Shown here: positions 26,523-37,560 of the stretch, piece after piece | Layout of the letters: every line of letters starts with the position of its first letter | Numbering within the stretch: position 1 is the first letter of the stretch | Assembly (NCBI GenBank): GCA_031404435.1 | Contig: JANNHO010000339.1 | Coordinates: 543-64,542 of the forward strand | Length of the DNA: 64,000 nt | From: Acidimicrobiaceae bacterium | GTDB taxonomy: Bacteria; Actinomycetota; Acidimicrobiia; Acidimicrobiales; Ilumatobacteraceae | Direction: 5' to 3' | Made by a program: the position numbers and the translations under genes | The notes under the pieces: model-generated | Told to the model about the DNA's origin: nothing | Database searches by the model: none | What the model saw: the letters and a program-made list of their open reading frames with translations, nothing else

Positions 26523-27110
26523 GCGCTCCGACTGCCATCGCCATCAGGTTGGACACCCAGATCTCGTGGGTGACCGAAGGCGTGCGGCCGCTGTCGATCT
26601 GTCGCGAGCGCGAACCAAGCGCTTGCGAGACAAGCTCGAGGAATCGGGTGACGCGTTCGTGGCGCACGTTGGCGGGCAGATCTGGTGGCAACAGCTCGGC
26701 GATGCCGACGAAGGCGCGCAACGCCTGCTCCGGCGTGCCCCCCTCCTCCCACCGGTCGAACAGGTCACCGAGCTGGCTGACGATCGACAGGAACTCCCGG
26801 CCCTCGGGTTCGTGCAGCAGTGATGCCTGCGGAAGCACCACTGCGGTCACCAGCCGCTCGAGCGTGGGCGTTTCCCCCGTCGCATCGAGCATCAGCCGGC
26901 GCTCGTGTTCGATGCGCGAGTTGTGCGTATCGATGATGGCTGTCAGCAGGCCGTCGCGCCCACCGAAGTGGTAGTGCAGCGCAGATGTGTTGCGTTGCCC
27001 GGCGGCTTCGACGACGGCCTTCAGCGAGGTGGCGTAGATACCGCTCTTGGCGAAGAGCCTGCGCCCGGCATCGACGAGGAGCTGTCGGGTCTCGGCCGCG
27101 TCACGTGGCA

Positions 27111-27111
<1 letters not shown>
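26506..27111 (-). CDS. TetR family transcriptional regulator (positional analogue of KstR2)
   Basis: Trimmed to ATG 27111, which overlaps the thiolase stop by 1 nt (TGATG). ATSLKAVVEAAGQRNTSALHYHF HTH signature. Sequence is not obviously close to Mtb KstR2. Confidence 0.85.
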
Positions 27112-29321
<2,210 letters not shown>

Positions 29322-29332
29322 AACGACCTGCG

Positions 29333-29839
29333 TCAGCACCGCCTCAAGACGGCGTGCGTGAACCGCTGGATGGCACCCGACGGTGTCGTGTGATCGGTCT
29401 CGAACGATTCGATGAGATTGAACGCCGGAGCAAAGACGTCGACGATCGACGCTTCGTCGTGTTGGTGCACGGCGAGACCACTGCACTGCGTTGGACCGCT
29501 TCGCGCGAACGCCGAGAGGACGACGTGACCACCGCGACGAACAGCGCGCGCCGCGGCGGCGGCGTACGCAGCACGATCGGCAGCAGTCGTGAAGAAATGG
29601 AACACGGCGCGGTCGTGCCATGCGTCGATCGGTTCGGCGAAGGCCACCGTTCGGGCATCGCCGGTGAGCGTGACGAGCCGATCGTGTTCACCAACTCGTG
29701 AGCGCACCAGCGCCAGCGGAGTTGCCGAGATGTCGTTGGCGATCACACGGTGTCCGTCGACGAGGAGCTCATCGATCAATCCAGATGCACCGGCGCCGAT
29801 GACGGCGATGGTCGCTGAAGGCACCGTGACACGGCGCAA
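29333..29839 (-). CDS. class I SAM-dependent methyltransferase (short form)
   Basis: IAVIGAGASGL glycine motif and the WHDRAVFHFF and GG.VVL..F patterns. TTG 29839 or GTG 29824 start. Confidence 0.7.
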   Translation of the reverse strand: MRRVTVPSATIAVIGAGASGLIDELLVDGHRVIANDISATPLALVRSRVGEHDRLVTLTGDARTVAFAEPIDAWHDRAVFHFFTTAADRAAYAAAAARAVRRGGHVVLSAFARSGPTQCSGLAVHQHDEASIVDVFAPAFNLIESFETDHTTPSGAIQRFTHAVLRRC

Positions 29840-29892
29840 CAGCGTGAGTCAAGGTTCGGTGCTGCGTTGGTACCAGCTCATCCGATCGGGCA

Positions 29893-29913
29893 ATGCCGTC
29901 TGCCAGACGGCAT
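29893..29913. promoter_or_regulatory. 21-bp perfect palindrome ATGCCGTCTG-C-CAGACGGCAT in a divergent intergenic region
   Basis: 10-bp arms around a single central base, between the methyltransferase start (29839) and the CMD start (30050). Confidence 0.45.
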
Positions 29914-30049
29914 CCCAGTGCTCGACGATGCCGACCATTCGATGACCATAGGCCGGGAGCCGAGCGTGATCGATCGGACAGCCGAAAACAATCACGAAAC
30001 TCGGCGCGACAAGGAGGGCGGCTGCCTGTCGAACTGGAAGGATTGCCCT

Positions 30050-30604
30050 ATGCCGCGGATCGATCTGCTCGATGAAACCACCTCTCCGATCCTCGCCAGG
30101 CAGTACTTCGGCGATGGCGATCCGGGCCCGATCGTCGCCGCGCTCGCCAACGTGCCAGAACTACTGGCACCGACCATTGCCTTTGTCGGCGCAGCCCTCG
30201 GAGGAGGTGCCTCCTCCAGCCGGCACAAGGAGTTCGCAATCCTGCGGACATCGGCACTGCTGGGTTGCCAGTACTGCATCAATTCGCATACTGCTGTTGC
30301 GGTCGATGCCGGCTTGAGTGCTGCCGAAGTACGCAGCCTGCGCGGTGAGGTGCCGGTGGAGGAAGCGTTCACCGACGTCGCCGAGCGGGCGCTGCTGCGT
30401 TGGATCGACGCGATGGCCGGGGCCAGCGGCGCAGTCCCCGACGACATCTGGGCGGCGGCACGCTCGTGGTGGCCCGATCATGTCCTCGTCGAGTTGAGCG
30501 TCACCATCGGTGCGACCATGTTCCTCAATCGGTTCGCGACAGGCTTCGAGCTGCCCACCTCACCAAGCGTTCTCGCTCGACTTGACGCCGAAGGCCTGCG
30601 ATGA
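30050..30604 (+). CDS. carboxymuconolactone decarboxylase / AhpD-like family protein
   Basis: Trimmed to ATG 30050. EFAILRTSALLGCQYCINSH carries the AhpD-like CxxC motif. The stop overlaps the radical SAM start (ATGA). Confidence 0.78.
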   Translation: MPRIDLLDETTSPILARQYFGDGDPGPIVAALANVPELLAPTIAFVGAALGGGASSSRHKEFAILRTSALLGCQYCINSHTAVAVDAGLSAAEVRSLRGEVPVEEAFTDVAERALLRWIDAMAGASGAVPDDIWAAARSWWPDHVLVELSVTIGATMFLNRFATGFELPTSPSVLARLDAEGLR

Positions 30605-31494
30605 CCGACACCCTTCCAGCACCGGGACTGGCACCGGCACCGGCACCGGGGTCAATCGCCGCCGCCGTTGCCGAGGGCATGCTGCCGGGTCGGGTGTGGT
30701 TGTACACCAACTATCACTGCAACCTGGCGTGCTCGTACTGCCTCACTGAATCGTCACCGCGTAGCGATCGCCGGCAACTCGAACCGGCGGTCATGACCGC
30801 CGTCGCCGCGCAGGCTGCGCAGCTCGGCTTCACCGCGCTCGGTGTGACCGGGGGTGAGCCGTTTCTGTTGCCGTGGTTGCCGGACATGATCGTCGAGATG
30901 GCCGAACACCTCCCCGTCGTGGTACTGACCAATGGCACCCTGTTCGGTGGTGAGCGGATCGAACGTGGTGCCGCGTTGGCCCATCCCCACATCGCCGTGC
31001 AGATCTCGCTCGATTCGCACCTTCCCGACATCAACGACATGGCCAGAGGTGCCGACAACTTCGCTAAGGTCGTCGACGCCGTGCCGCGCCTGGTGGCACG
31101 GGGTGTGCGGGTGCGGATCGCCACCACCACCTCGGGACCGCTCGATGACTCGGCGCTCGATCCGCTGCGCGCGTTGGTCGCCGAACTCGGCGTAGCGGCC
31201 GAGGATCACCTCGTTCGCCCGGTGGTCCGCCGAGGGCGTGCTGACGAGCGCGGATTCGGCCTCGCTGCCAGCGCACAGGACATCCCGAGCGAGTTGACGA
31301 TCACCGCCGACGGCGCGTTCTGGGGGAGCTTCGGGCCAACCGTGCGTGCCGGTCGGCTCGACACTGATCTGTTGCTCACGCGAACGGTGTTGCCGTTGTC
31401 GGTCCCGGCACATGCGTTGCTCGAGGCGCATGCATTGCTCGAGGCGGATGGGGCGATGCCGCCAGGCCACGACGCGAAGCTCGGCATCCGTTGA
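30601..31494 (+). CDS. radical SAM protein (no auxiliary Cys-rich/SPASM region visible)
   Basis: YHCNLACSYC is a CX3CX2C motif, followed by a GGEPFL SAM-binding motif. There are no Cys residues in the C-terminal half. Confidence 0.8.
   Translation: MTDTLPAPGLAPAPAPGSIAAAVAEGMLPGRVWLYTNYHCNLACSYCLTESSPRSDRRQLEPAVMTAVAAQAAQLGFTALGVTGGEPFLLPWLPDMIVEMAEHLPVVVLTNGTLFGGERIERGAALAHPHIAVQISLDSHLPDINDMARGADNFAKVVDAVPRLVARGVRVRIATTTSGPLDDSALDPLRALVAELGVAAEDHLVRPVVRRGRADERGFGLAASAQDIPSELTITADGAFWGSFGPTVRAGRLDTDLLLTRTVLPLSVPAHALLEAHALLEADGAMPPGHDAKLGIR
31411..31446 (+). repeat. 18-bp x2 in-frame tandem duplication (HALLEA x2) in the radical SAM C-terminus
   Basis: catgcgttgctcgaggcg / catgcattgctcgaggcg are adjacent. 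Confidence 0.85.
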
Positions 31495-31507
31495 GCGTGA
31501 TTCCACC

Positions 31508-31523
31508 GGGCCCGGTCGGGCCC
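31508..31523. terminator. GC hairpin between convergent genes (possible bidirectional terminator)
   Basis: GGGCCC-ggtc-GGGCCC lies between the radical SAM stop (31494) and the DUF2064 stop (31536). No U-tract. Confidence 0.3.
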
Positions 31524-31535
31524 ACGCAAGCACTC

Positions 31536-32216
31536 TCACCGGATCGCCGCAACGATGGCGCGTGCGGTGTCGGCGAGCCGACCGTGATCACGCCGACCCT
31601 GATCACGGGGGCCCAGGGTGTCCACTTTGGCCGCCGCGACCACATCGTCGAAGATGTCGAGATCGCGGGCCATCACCAGATGGTGCACGTTTCGCTGGTG
31701 CGCGTGGAGGCGGGCGAGTTGCGCCATCCCAGTATTCGAGCCGCTCATCTCGACGCCCTCGAACAAGCCGTATGTCGCGGGCGTGCCGGGCCGACCCGCG
31801 TCGTGCAGCCCGATCGCCCAATACCCGCCATCGGAGGCGAGACCGATTGCATCACAGCCGCGCTGCAGCGCGTCGAGGCCGGGCCCGAGCGAGCCGATCG
31901 CCCGGGGTGTGTCCATCCCGACGATGATCCCCGGGCCGAGATCGTCGAACGCGTTGGCCAGCCGCTCGCCGAGCCCGTGCCCGCGCTGCTCCACCACGGC
32001 GTATCCGGGCCGCGCCCATTCGGTTGGATCACCATCGAACAGCAGCACCCGACGCACCGGGATGCTCGACCGATCAGCGAGACCGTCGATGGCATCGAGG
32101 GTGTCGGCCAGAGCCGCAGCCGCCAACTCCGCCGCCTGGGCTGGCGTGCACGGCGGGCACAGCCGGGTCTTGACGAATCCGGGTCGTGGTTGTTTGGCGA
32201 TGACGGTGAGGTGCAT
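31536..32216 (-). CDS. DUF2064 / TIGR04282-like nucleotidyltransferase-fold protein
   Basis: VIAKQPRPGFVKTRLCPPCTPAQAAELAAAALADTL and GMDTP patterns typical of DUF2064. Confidence 0.72.
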   Translation of the reverse strand: MHLTVIAKQPRPGFVKTRLCPPCTPAQAAELAAAALADTLDAIDGLADRSSIPVRRVLLFDGDPTEWARPGYAVVEQRGHGLGERLANAFDDLGPGIIVGMDTPRAIGSLGPGLDALQRGCDAIGLASDGGYWAIGLHDAGRPGTPATYGLFEGVEMSGSNTGMAQLARLHAHQRNVHHLVMARDLDIFDDVVAAAKVDTLGPRDQGRRDHGRLADTARAIVAAIR

Positions 32217-32255
32217 GGTGCTGATCTCGATGCTGCTGGTGGTGGCGATGGCGGG

Positions 32256-32918
32256 CTACCAGAACGATGCCCCGTCGTGGCGCAACAACTGGCCCATGTC
32301 GACCAGTGCCCTGGCCGTGCCGCGCACAGTACCGGTCACCTTCGAACGGCCGGCCCGTTCGCGGTAGGGGACAGGCAGACCGGCGATCGTCCAGCCGGCC
32401 TGATGGGCGCGCAGCACCATCTCGAGGGGCCAGCCCGAACGTCGATCACGCAGTCCCAGTTCGACCAGCGCGATCCGATGCACCACCCGCATCGGACCCA
32501 GATCACGCACGGAGATGTGGGTCCGTCGGCGAACCTCGGCGGCCAACACGCGGTTGGCAAGGCGGGCGTGTGCCGGCCAGGTGCCGCGCGGCGCGATTCG
32601 TTCGCCGATCACCAGTTCGGCGTCGCCGCGTTCGAGCAGTTCCACCAACATCGGCAACGCAACCGGGTCGAGCGAGGCGTCGCAGTCCATGAAACACACC
32701 ACGTCGTCGGTCGCAGCTTGCAGACCGGCCCAACACGCCGCGCCGAAACCACGCACGGGCTCGTGGACCACCAACGCGCCGGCCTGCTTCGCCAGCAGAG
32801 CCGTTGCATCGGTGGAGCCGTTGTCGACCACGATCGGCCGGTACCCACGCGGGATTCGTTCGAGAACCCAGCCGATCGCCGCTGCCTCGTCGAGTGCCGG
32901 CAGGATCACGTCGGGCAT
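32256..32918 (-). CDS. family 2 glycosyltransferase (polyprenol-phosphate sugar synthase-like; TIGR04283-like)
   Basis: ILPALDE...VVDNGSTD....A...GA and a DCD motif (FMDCDASLD). ATG 32918 chosen; ATG 32948 is an alternative. Confidence 0.78.
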   Translation of the reverse strand: MPDVILPALDEAAAIGWVLERIPRGYRPIVVDNGSTDATALLAKQAGALVVHEPVRGFGAACWAGLQAATDDVVCFMDCDASLDPVALPMLVELLERGDAELVIGERIAPRGTWPAHARLANRVLAAEVRRRTHISVRDLGPMRVVHRIALVELGLRDRRSGWPLEMVLRAHQAGWTIAGLPVPYRERAGRSKVTGTVRGTARALVDMGQLLRHDGASFW

Positions 32919-32959
32919 GGGCGACCCGTCGGGTGTACTCGACGGCAAGGCCGCCCCCG

Positions 32960-34063
32960 GTGAGGGTGGTGGTGACCGGTGGTGCGGGGTTCATCGGCTC
33001 GCACGTCGTCGACGAGCTGCTCGGCGATGGCCACGACCTGATCGTGGTCGACGATCTTGATCCCGGCGCGCACGATGGTGTCCCCGAGGGGCTCGATGAA
33101 CGCGCCCGCTATGTGTGGGCCGATGTGCGCGACGCGGCGATGTGGGCATCGGTGTTGCGCGGAGTGGACGCGGTGTGCCATCAGGCCTCCAAGGTCGGGC
33201 TCGGTGTCGACTTCGCCGATGTCGACGAGTATGTGTCGCGTAACGATCTCGGTACCGCGTGCCTGCTGCGTGGGCTGCATGATGCACGCTTCGAAGGTCG
33301 GCTCGTGTTGGCATCGAGCATGGTCGTCTACGGGGAGGGGCGGTACCGCTGTGGGCGACACGGCCTGGTTCGTCCCGGTCCACGGCGACCCGTCGATCTC
33401 GACGCTGGCCGCTTCGAGCCGCCGTGCCCGGGCTGCGGCGAAGCGCTGACCGCCGAATCCGTCCCGGAGGATCATTGGCTCGATCCGCGCAACGTGTACG
33501 CAGCCACCAAGCTCGCCCAAGAGCACCTGTGCGCGGCGTACGAACGGGAGCATCCCGGCTGTGTTGTGACAGCCCTGCGATACCACAACGTGTACGGCCC
33601 ACGGATGCCGCGCAACACGCCCTACGCCGGCGTGGCGAGCATTTTTCGCAGCGCGTACGAGCGCGGCGACGCACCGCGGGTCCTCGAAGATGGTTGTCAG
33701 ACCCGCGACTTCATCCATGTCAGCGACATCGCTCATGCCAACGTGTTGGCGCTCACCCACGATGCTGGCGCCCGTGCTGGGAGCGCGAGCGGGGACGGGA
33801 CCGGGGCGCGGGGCGCCTTCAACGTGTGTAGCGGTGATCCGCACACGGTGCTGGAAATGGCCCAGGCCCTCCGTCCGGATGGGGCGGATCGGCCACGTGT
33901 CGTTGGCGGATACCGCCTCGGCGACATCCGTCACGTGTTCGCCAGCCCGGCACGGGCCGCCGAGGAGCTCGGGTTTCGTGCCACGGTGAGCTTCGCCGAG
34001 GGCATGCGCGAGTTTGCCACGGCGCCACTGCGCCGTTCGATCGCCCCGCGCCCGACGATGTGA
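32960..34063 (+). CDS. NAD-dependent epimerase/dehydratase (GalE-like)
   Basis: GTG 32960. VVVTGGAGFIGSHVVDELL and YAATKLAQE (YxxxK). Confidence 0.85.
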   Translation: MRVVVTGGAGFIGSHVVDELLGDGHDLIVVDDLDPGAHDGVPEGLDERARYVWADVRDAAMWASVLRGVDAVCHQASKVGLGVDFADVDEYVSRNDLGTACLLRGLHDARFEGRLVLASSMVVYGEGRYRCGRHGLVRPGPRRPVDLDAGRFEPPCPGCGEALTAESVPEDHWLDPRNVYAATKLAQEHLCAAYEREHPGCVVTALRYHNVYGPRMPRNTPYAGVASIFRSAYERGDAPRVLEDGCQTRDFIHVSDIAHANVLALTHDAGARAGSASGDGTGARGAFNVCSGDPHTVLEMAQALRPDGADRPRVVGGYRLGDIRHVFASPARAAEELGFRATVSFAEGMREFATAPLRRSIAPRPTM

Positions 34064-34065
34064 CC

Positions 34066-35457
34066 TCACCACTTCGACACCAGTGCCGCTTGGAGCACGA
34101 CTGCACCCGTGACCTGCGCGCCCACCGCCATCATCGCCAATCGCCGATTGGTCCGACAGATCAGCATGCCGCCGGCCAGTGCGAGCCACGGAAAAAACAG
34201 CAACCAGATCCGTTCCACCTCGGCGCGTGAGTACTGCGACACGTGAGCGGCCATGAGCGCGAGCGCGCCGCCCACCACCAACACAGCGACGCGGTTCGGT
34301 GTTCGGCGGAGCTGGCACATCTTGATCATCCCACCGAAGGTTGCCGGCCCAACTGCGATCAGTGAGGCAGCGAGGTTGGCCAGCATGAAGTAGGCGAATG
34401 GGCGCAGCCGGGCGGTTCCCGCCCAGTACTGGCGTTGCGTTTCGGCCGCACCGGCAAACCACCAGAATCCGTACACCCAGAACAACGCGGTCACGGCACC
34501 ACCGCCAACGATGGCCGCGACGATCACGGCCGCCGCTGGTCTCGCCCCGCTGTCGTGACGTCGAAATGCCATGACGCACGCGACGAGTGGCACGAGCACG
34601 AACATGGCGCCGCCGTAGGTGAGCATCAAGAGGCCGCCGAGGAGCAGCCCGCCGAGCGCGCCCCACGCGAGGGCAGCTCGCGGTGTCGCCCGCAGGCCGA
34701 GCGTGCACGCGGCAACACCGCACGATCCGACCGCCGTGTACACGGCATCGGCGGACGTAACCATCCACAGGGCATACGGGGCCACCACCAGAAGTGGAGC
34801 GCAGCGACGGACCCAGTCACTGCCGGCCACGGCCCACACCGCCACGAGTGCCGCAACCGGTACCACGACGGTTCCGCCAATCGAGAGCGCAACCACCGGC
34901 CAGTGGCCGCGAAGGCCGATGGCATCGAGCATCTTCAACACGAGCACGAAGCCGGGCGGGTGGCCGCGTACGTGCACCGAGTACCGGTCGATGTCGGTGA
35001 CGAAGCTCCGCAGAAACTCGCCGGCGGGAGGCATTGTGGCGAGGTTGGCGAGGTACTCGGTGCGATGTACCGCACCGTGCAACAAGCCGTCTCGACCGTC
35101 GGTGAGTGCAAGCGATGTGGCAAACGCTCCGGCGGCCGTGCCGGTCAGCGGGAGGAGCCATCGCAGACTGCAGCGCCACCACCACTGCCGTGCCACACCA
35201 ACGATGACGACCGCTCCGATCATCGCCGCGCCAAGGAGTCCCCAGCCGAACCGCCACCTCCATCCGTCGAGCGGATCCCGACCGATCAACGGGGCCGCGC
35301 CCAGGTTGATCCTGGGCTCCGCGTCCTGCAACCGGATGCCCCAGATGACGCTGACGGTGATCAGTACCAGCGCCCCGACCCACGGTGCCCAGATCCGCGC
35401 TGACCAGATCCGCGGTGGCCAGATCCGCGGTGGCCGGATCAGCGGTGGCCGGCGCAT
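34066..35457 (-). CDS. large polytopic membrane protein (GT-C-type glycosyltransferase candidate)
   Basis: 464 aa with more than 10 hydrophobic segments. ATG 35457 overlaps the upstream stop by 1 nt. The function is inferred only from neighbourhood and topology. Confidence 0.5.
   Translation of the reverse strand: MRRPPLIRPPRIWPPRIWSARIWAPWVGALVLITVSVIWGIRLQDAEPRINLGAAPLIGRDPLDGWRWRFGWGLLGAAMIGAVVIVGVARQWWWRCSLRWLLPLTGTAAGAFATSLALTDGRDGLLHGAVHRTEYLANLATMPPAGEFLRSFVTDIDRYSVHVRGHPPGFVLVLKMLDAIGLRGHWPVVALSIGGTVVVPVAALVAVWAVAGSDWVRRCAPLLVVAPYALWMVTSADAVYTAVGSCGVAACTLGLRATPRAALAWGALGGLLLGGLLMLTYGGAMFVLVPLVACVMAFRRHDSGARPAAAVIVAAIVGGGAVTALFWVYGFWWFAGAAETQRQYWAGTARLRPFAYFMLANLAASLIAVGPATFGGMIKMCQLRRTPNRVAVLVVGGALALMAAHVSQYSRAEVERIWLLFFPWLALAGGMLICRTNRRLAMMAVGAQVTGAVVLQAALVSKW
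35389..35448 (-). repeat. 15-bp x4 in-frame tandem repeat in the N-terminal tail of the membrane protein (RIW-P units)
   Basis: ccagatccgcgctga / ccagatccgcggtgg / ccagatccgcggtgg / ccggatcagcggtgg. Confidence 0.85.
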
Positions 35458-36410
35458 CACCCGGTTCCGGAACCGGCCTGGCGGCCGGCGCGGTGCAGCA
35501 GCGCGGCGGCCAACGCCAACCCGCCCCACATCGCCGCGTTCGAGGCGGTGCTCACCGCTTGCACCGTGAGCGCGTCACCGTCGTCGCGGACGTAGTCGAA
35601 CTTCTGGAGCGCGAAGATGACTGCTGCAAGCAGACCGAAACCGACCACCGCAGCGCGCGCCGCCCACCGGCGTTGCGCTCCGACTAGCACCAGTGCCCCG
35701 AGGGCGATCGTCAGGAGCGCCCACAGCGGATTGAACCACACGAACTTCATCTCCCAGCGGTGCACGAACTCGCCGTCGGCGCCGACAAATCCGGCGTCGC
35801 TGCCCAGCAATGCAACACGTTTACCGGCGAAACCCACCGACCTGGCAACGAACAGACCAAGAGCACCGATCACCACCGCCGTCACCCCGACCACCTTGGT
35901 CGCTTGCCGCGCTGCGGCCCCATCTCGCCGCAGCACACCGTCGAGACCGAGGTGTTCGCCGGCATCCGAGGCATACACGAGGAGGTGGGCGACAAACATC
36001 AGCACGTACGACCACGACCACTCGTCGGCCTGGTCGTAGTACACCACAGACAGCAGGATCGGGATCGTCATGGCGGCACCCGCGAGGGCGACGATCTTGG
36101 TTCGGTAGCCGATCAGGAGCAGCCCTGCGAGCGCGGTCTCGACGATCAGGATTATCCACCCGAAGATCTGGAAGTTGGGCAGGATGACCTGTTCGGTCAC
36201 CCAGGTGAACGGGCCGAACGGCGAATTCCGTGACACCGACGCCGAGTACTTGTAGAGACCCCCGCCCGAGTTCTCGCCGAACGACGGCGGCACCTTCCAA
36301 TGCAGGTTCGCCAGCCACATGAGACCCAGTGCGATGCGACCGACACCGAGCACGTTGAAGCGAACGAGGTTGTCGATCGCGGTGGCCCGGCGAGACAGTG
36401 AAGCGAACAT
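35457..36410 (-). CDS. DoxX/DoxD-like integral membrane protein
   Basis: Trimmed to ATG 36410 (MFASLSRR). RIALGLMWLANLHWK and several TM segments. The family call is tentative. Confidence 0.5.
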   Translation of the reverse strand: MFASLSRRATAIDNLVRFNVLGVGRIALGLMWLANLHWKVPPSFGENSGGGLYKYSASVSRNSPFGPFTWVTEQVILPNFQIFGWIILIVETALAGLLLIGYRTKIVALAGAAMTIPILLSVVYYDQADEWSWSYVLMFVAHLLVYASDAGEHLGLDGVLRRDGAAARQATKVVGVTAVVIGALGLFVARSVGFAGKRVALLGSDAGFVGADGEFVHRWEMKFVWFNPLWALLTIALGALVLVGAQRRWAARAAVVGFGLLAAVIFALQKFDYVRDDGDALTVQAVSTASNAAMWGGLALAAALLHRAGRQAGSGTG

Positions 36411-36510
36411 TTGCTCAGCATGACACCGCTTCACGGCGCACAACTGGAGTTTCGCGAATGTTTCGGAGGAATCGAGCCTCGTTGGCGACGGCGCGAATTA
36501 CGGTCCGGCC

Positions 36511-37560
36511 ATGTCGTTGATGACCGCGGTGGCACCGCAGTGCCGTGACCACTCGTTCAGGTCCCGGCGATGGACCCAACATGTCGGCGATGTGGCGCTG
36601 TACGTCGTGATGTGGATGGCCTATGGCGAGACTCGGGGCGCTGCCGATGGCCTCGGCCTGCCGCTCCAGGTGGAGACGGCACGGAACATCGACCGGGCAC
36701 TGTTCTTCGGTGCCGATCCGACGGTGTGGATGCAGCGAAAGTTCTACTCCGACGAACACGTCCGGTGGTACGACGTGGTTGCGACGATCGTCTACGACTC
36801 GCATTTCGTGGTCCCGGTCGTGGCGATCGGCGCATTGTGGGTGTGGCGGCGTCAGGAGTGGGTTCGTTTCATGCGGCGGTTTGCCACGTTGCTGGCGGGC
36901 GCATGCATGATGTTCATCGTGCTGCCGACCGCCCCACCGTGGATGGCCGGTGGTGGCGATGCCCGGGTGCGCCTTGATGCGCTGCCGCCGCTCGCCCGCC
37001 CGGCCGGACGGGGCTGGGACTACTTCGGCATCGACAGCGTCGGACACCTGTGGGAGACGGGACGTGAGCTGACCAACCGCACGGCCGCGCTGCCGTCGCT
37101 GCACGCCGCGTTTGCGTTGTTCGTGGTGATCTTCTTGTTCCCGAAGGTCCCCAGCCGACTGGCCCGCGCCGCGATGCTGGTGTATCCGCTGACCATGGGA
37201 GTGGTGCTCGTGTACCTCGCCGAGCACTACGTGATCGACGTGCTCGCCGGATGGGTGTTCGTCGTTGCATCCTTCGCGCTGTGGCGCAATCTGGAGCGCG
37301 GTGGGCGGGACCGAGCGGGCTACCGTGGCGTCGTGGCCGTGAGCGACGATGATCGGGACCGGTGGCAACGCCAGGTCGATGCGATGGCGGCGGCGGAGTG
37401 CGACGACGAAGGCTCACCCGATCAGCGCGTCCAGATCATCGCCACGGCGAACCGCCATCGCCGCTCGCACGGGGTGGCCGAGTTAACGACGGAAGGAGAG
37501 ATGCATCACCGTGCCCGAGCCCTCGGACTACTGGACCGATTTCGCCCGCCGGCTGTCTGA
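36511..37560 (+). CDS. PAP2-superfamily membrane protein (PAP2_C / inositol-phosphotransferase-like)
   Basis: PSLHAAFA and EHYVIDVLAG motifs within a multi-TM protein. The C-terminal tail is hydrophilic and overlaps the next ORF. Confidence 0.6.
   Translation: MSLMTAVAPQCRDHSFRSRRWTQHVGDVALYVVMWMAYGETRGAADGLGLPLQVETARNIDRALFFGADPTVWMQRKFYSDEHVRWYDVVATIVYDSHFVVPVVAIGALWVWRRQEWVRFMRRFATLLAGACMMFIVLPTAPPWMAGGGDARVRLDALPPLARPAGRGWDYFGIDSVGHLWETGRELTNRTAALPSLHAAFALFVVIFLFPKVPSRLARAAMLVYPLTMGVVLVYLAEHYVIDVLAGWVFVVASFALWRNLERGGRDRAGYRGVVAVSDDDRDRWQRQVDAMAAAECDDEGSPDQRVQIIATANRHRRSHGVAELTTEGEMHHRARALGLLDRFRPPAV

Noticed and set aside
29893-30075. 60-aa ORF (MPSARRHPSARR...) upstream of the CMD-rSAM pair, considered as a RiPP precursor
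   Set aside because: It is Arg-rich with high-GC antisense-type composition. It starts inside the 21-bp palindrome, has no RBS, and overlaps the CMD start. It is judged an ORF-track artefact.
31492-31600. Possible TGA read-through of the radical SAM gene into a Cys/Sec-rich C-terminal domain (ArsS-like)
   Set aside because: A second TGA follows two codons later. The downstream frame is short and Arg-rich, and the region is occupied by the convergent DUF2064 gene.
32906-34768. 620-aa minus-strand ORF. The same applies to similar long ORFs, e.g. 1693..3189, 6701..8101, 43470..45623, 58174..59772 and 59899..61461.
   Set aside because: They are antisense or out of frame relative to genes with clear family motifs. 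Their Arg/Gly/Pro-rich translations are typical of spurious ORFs in high-GC DNA.
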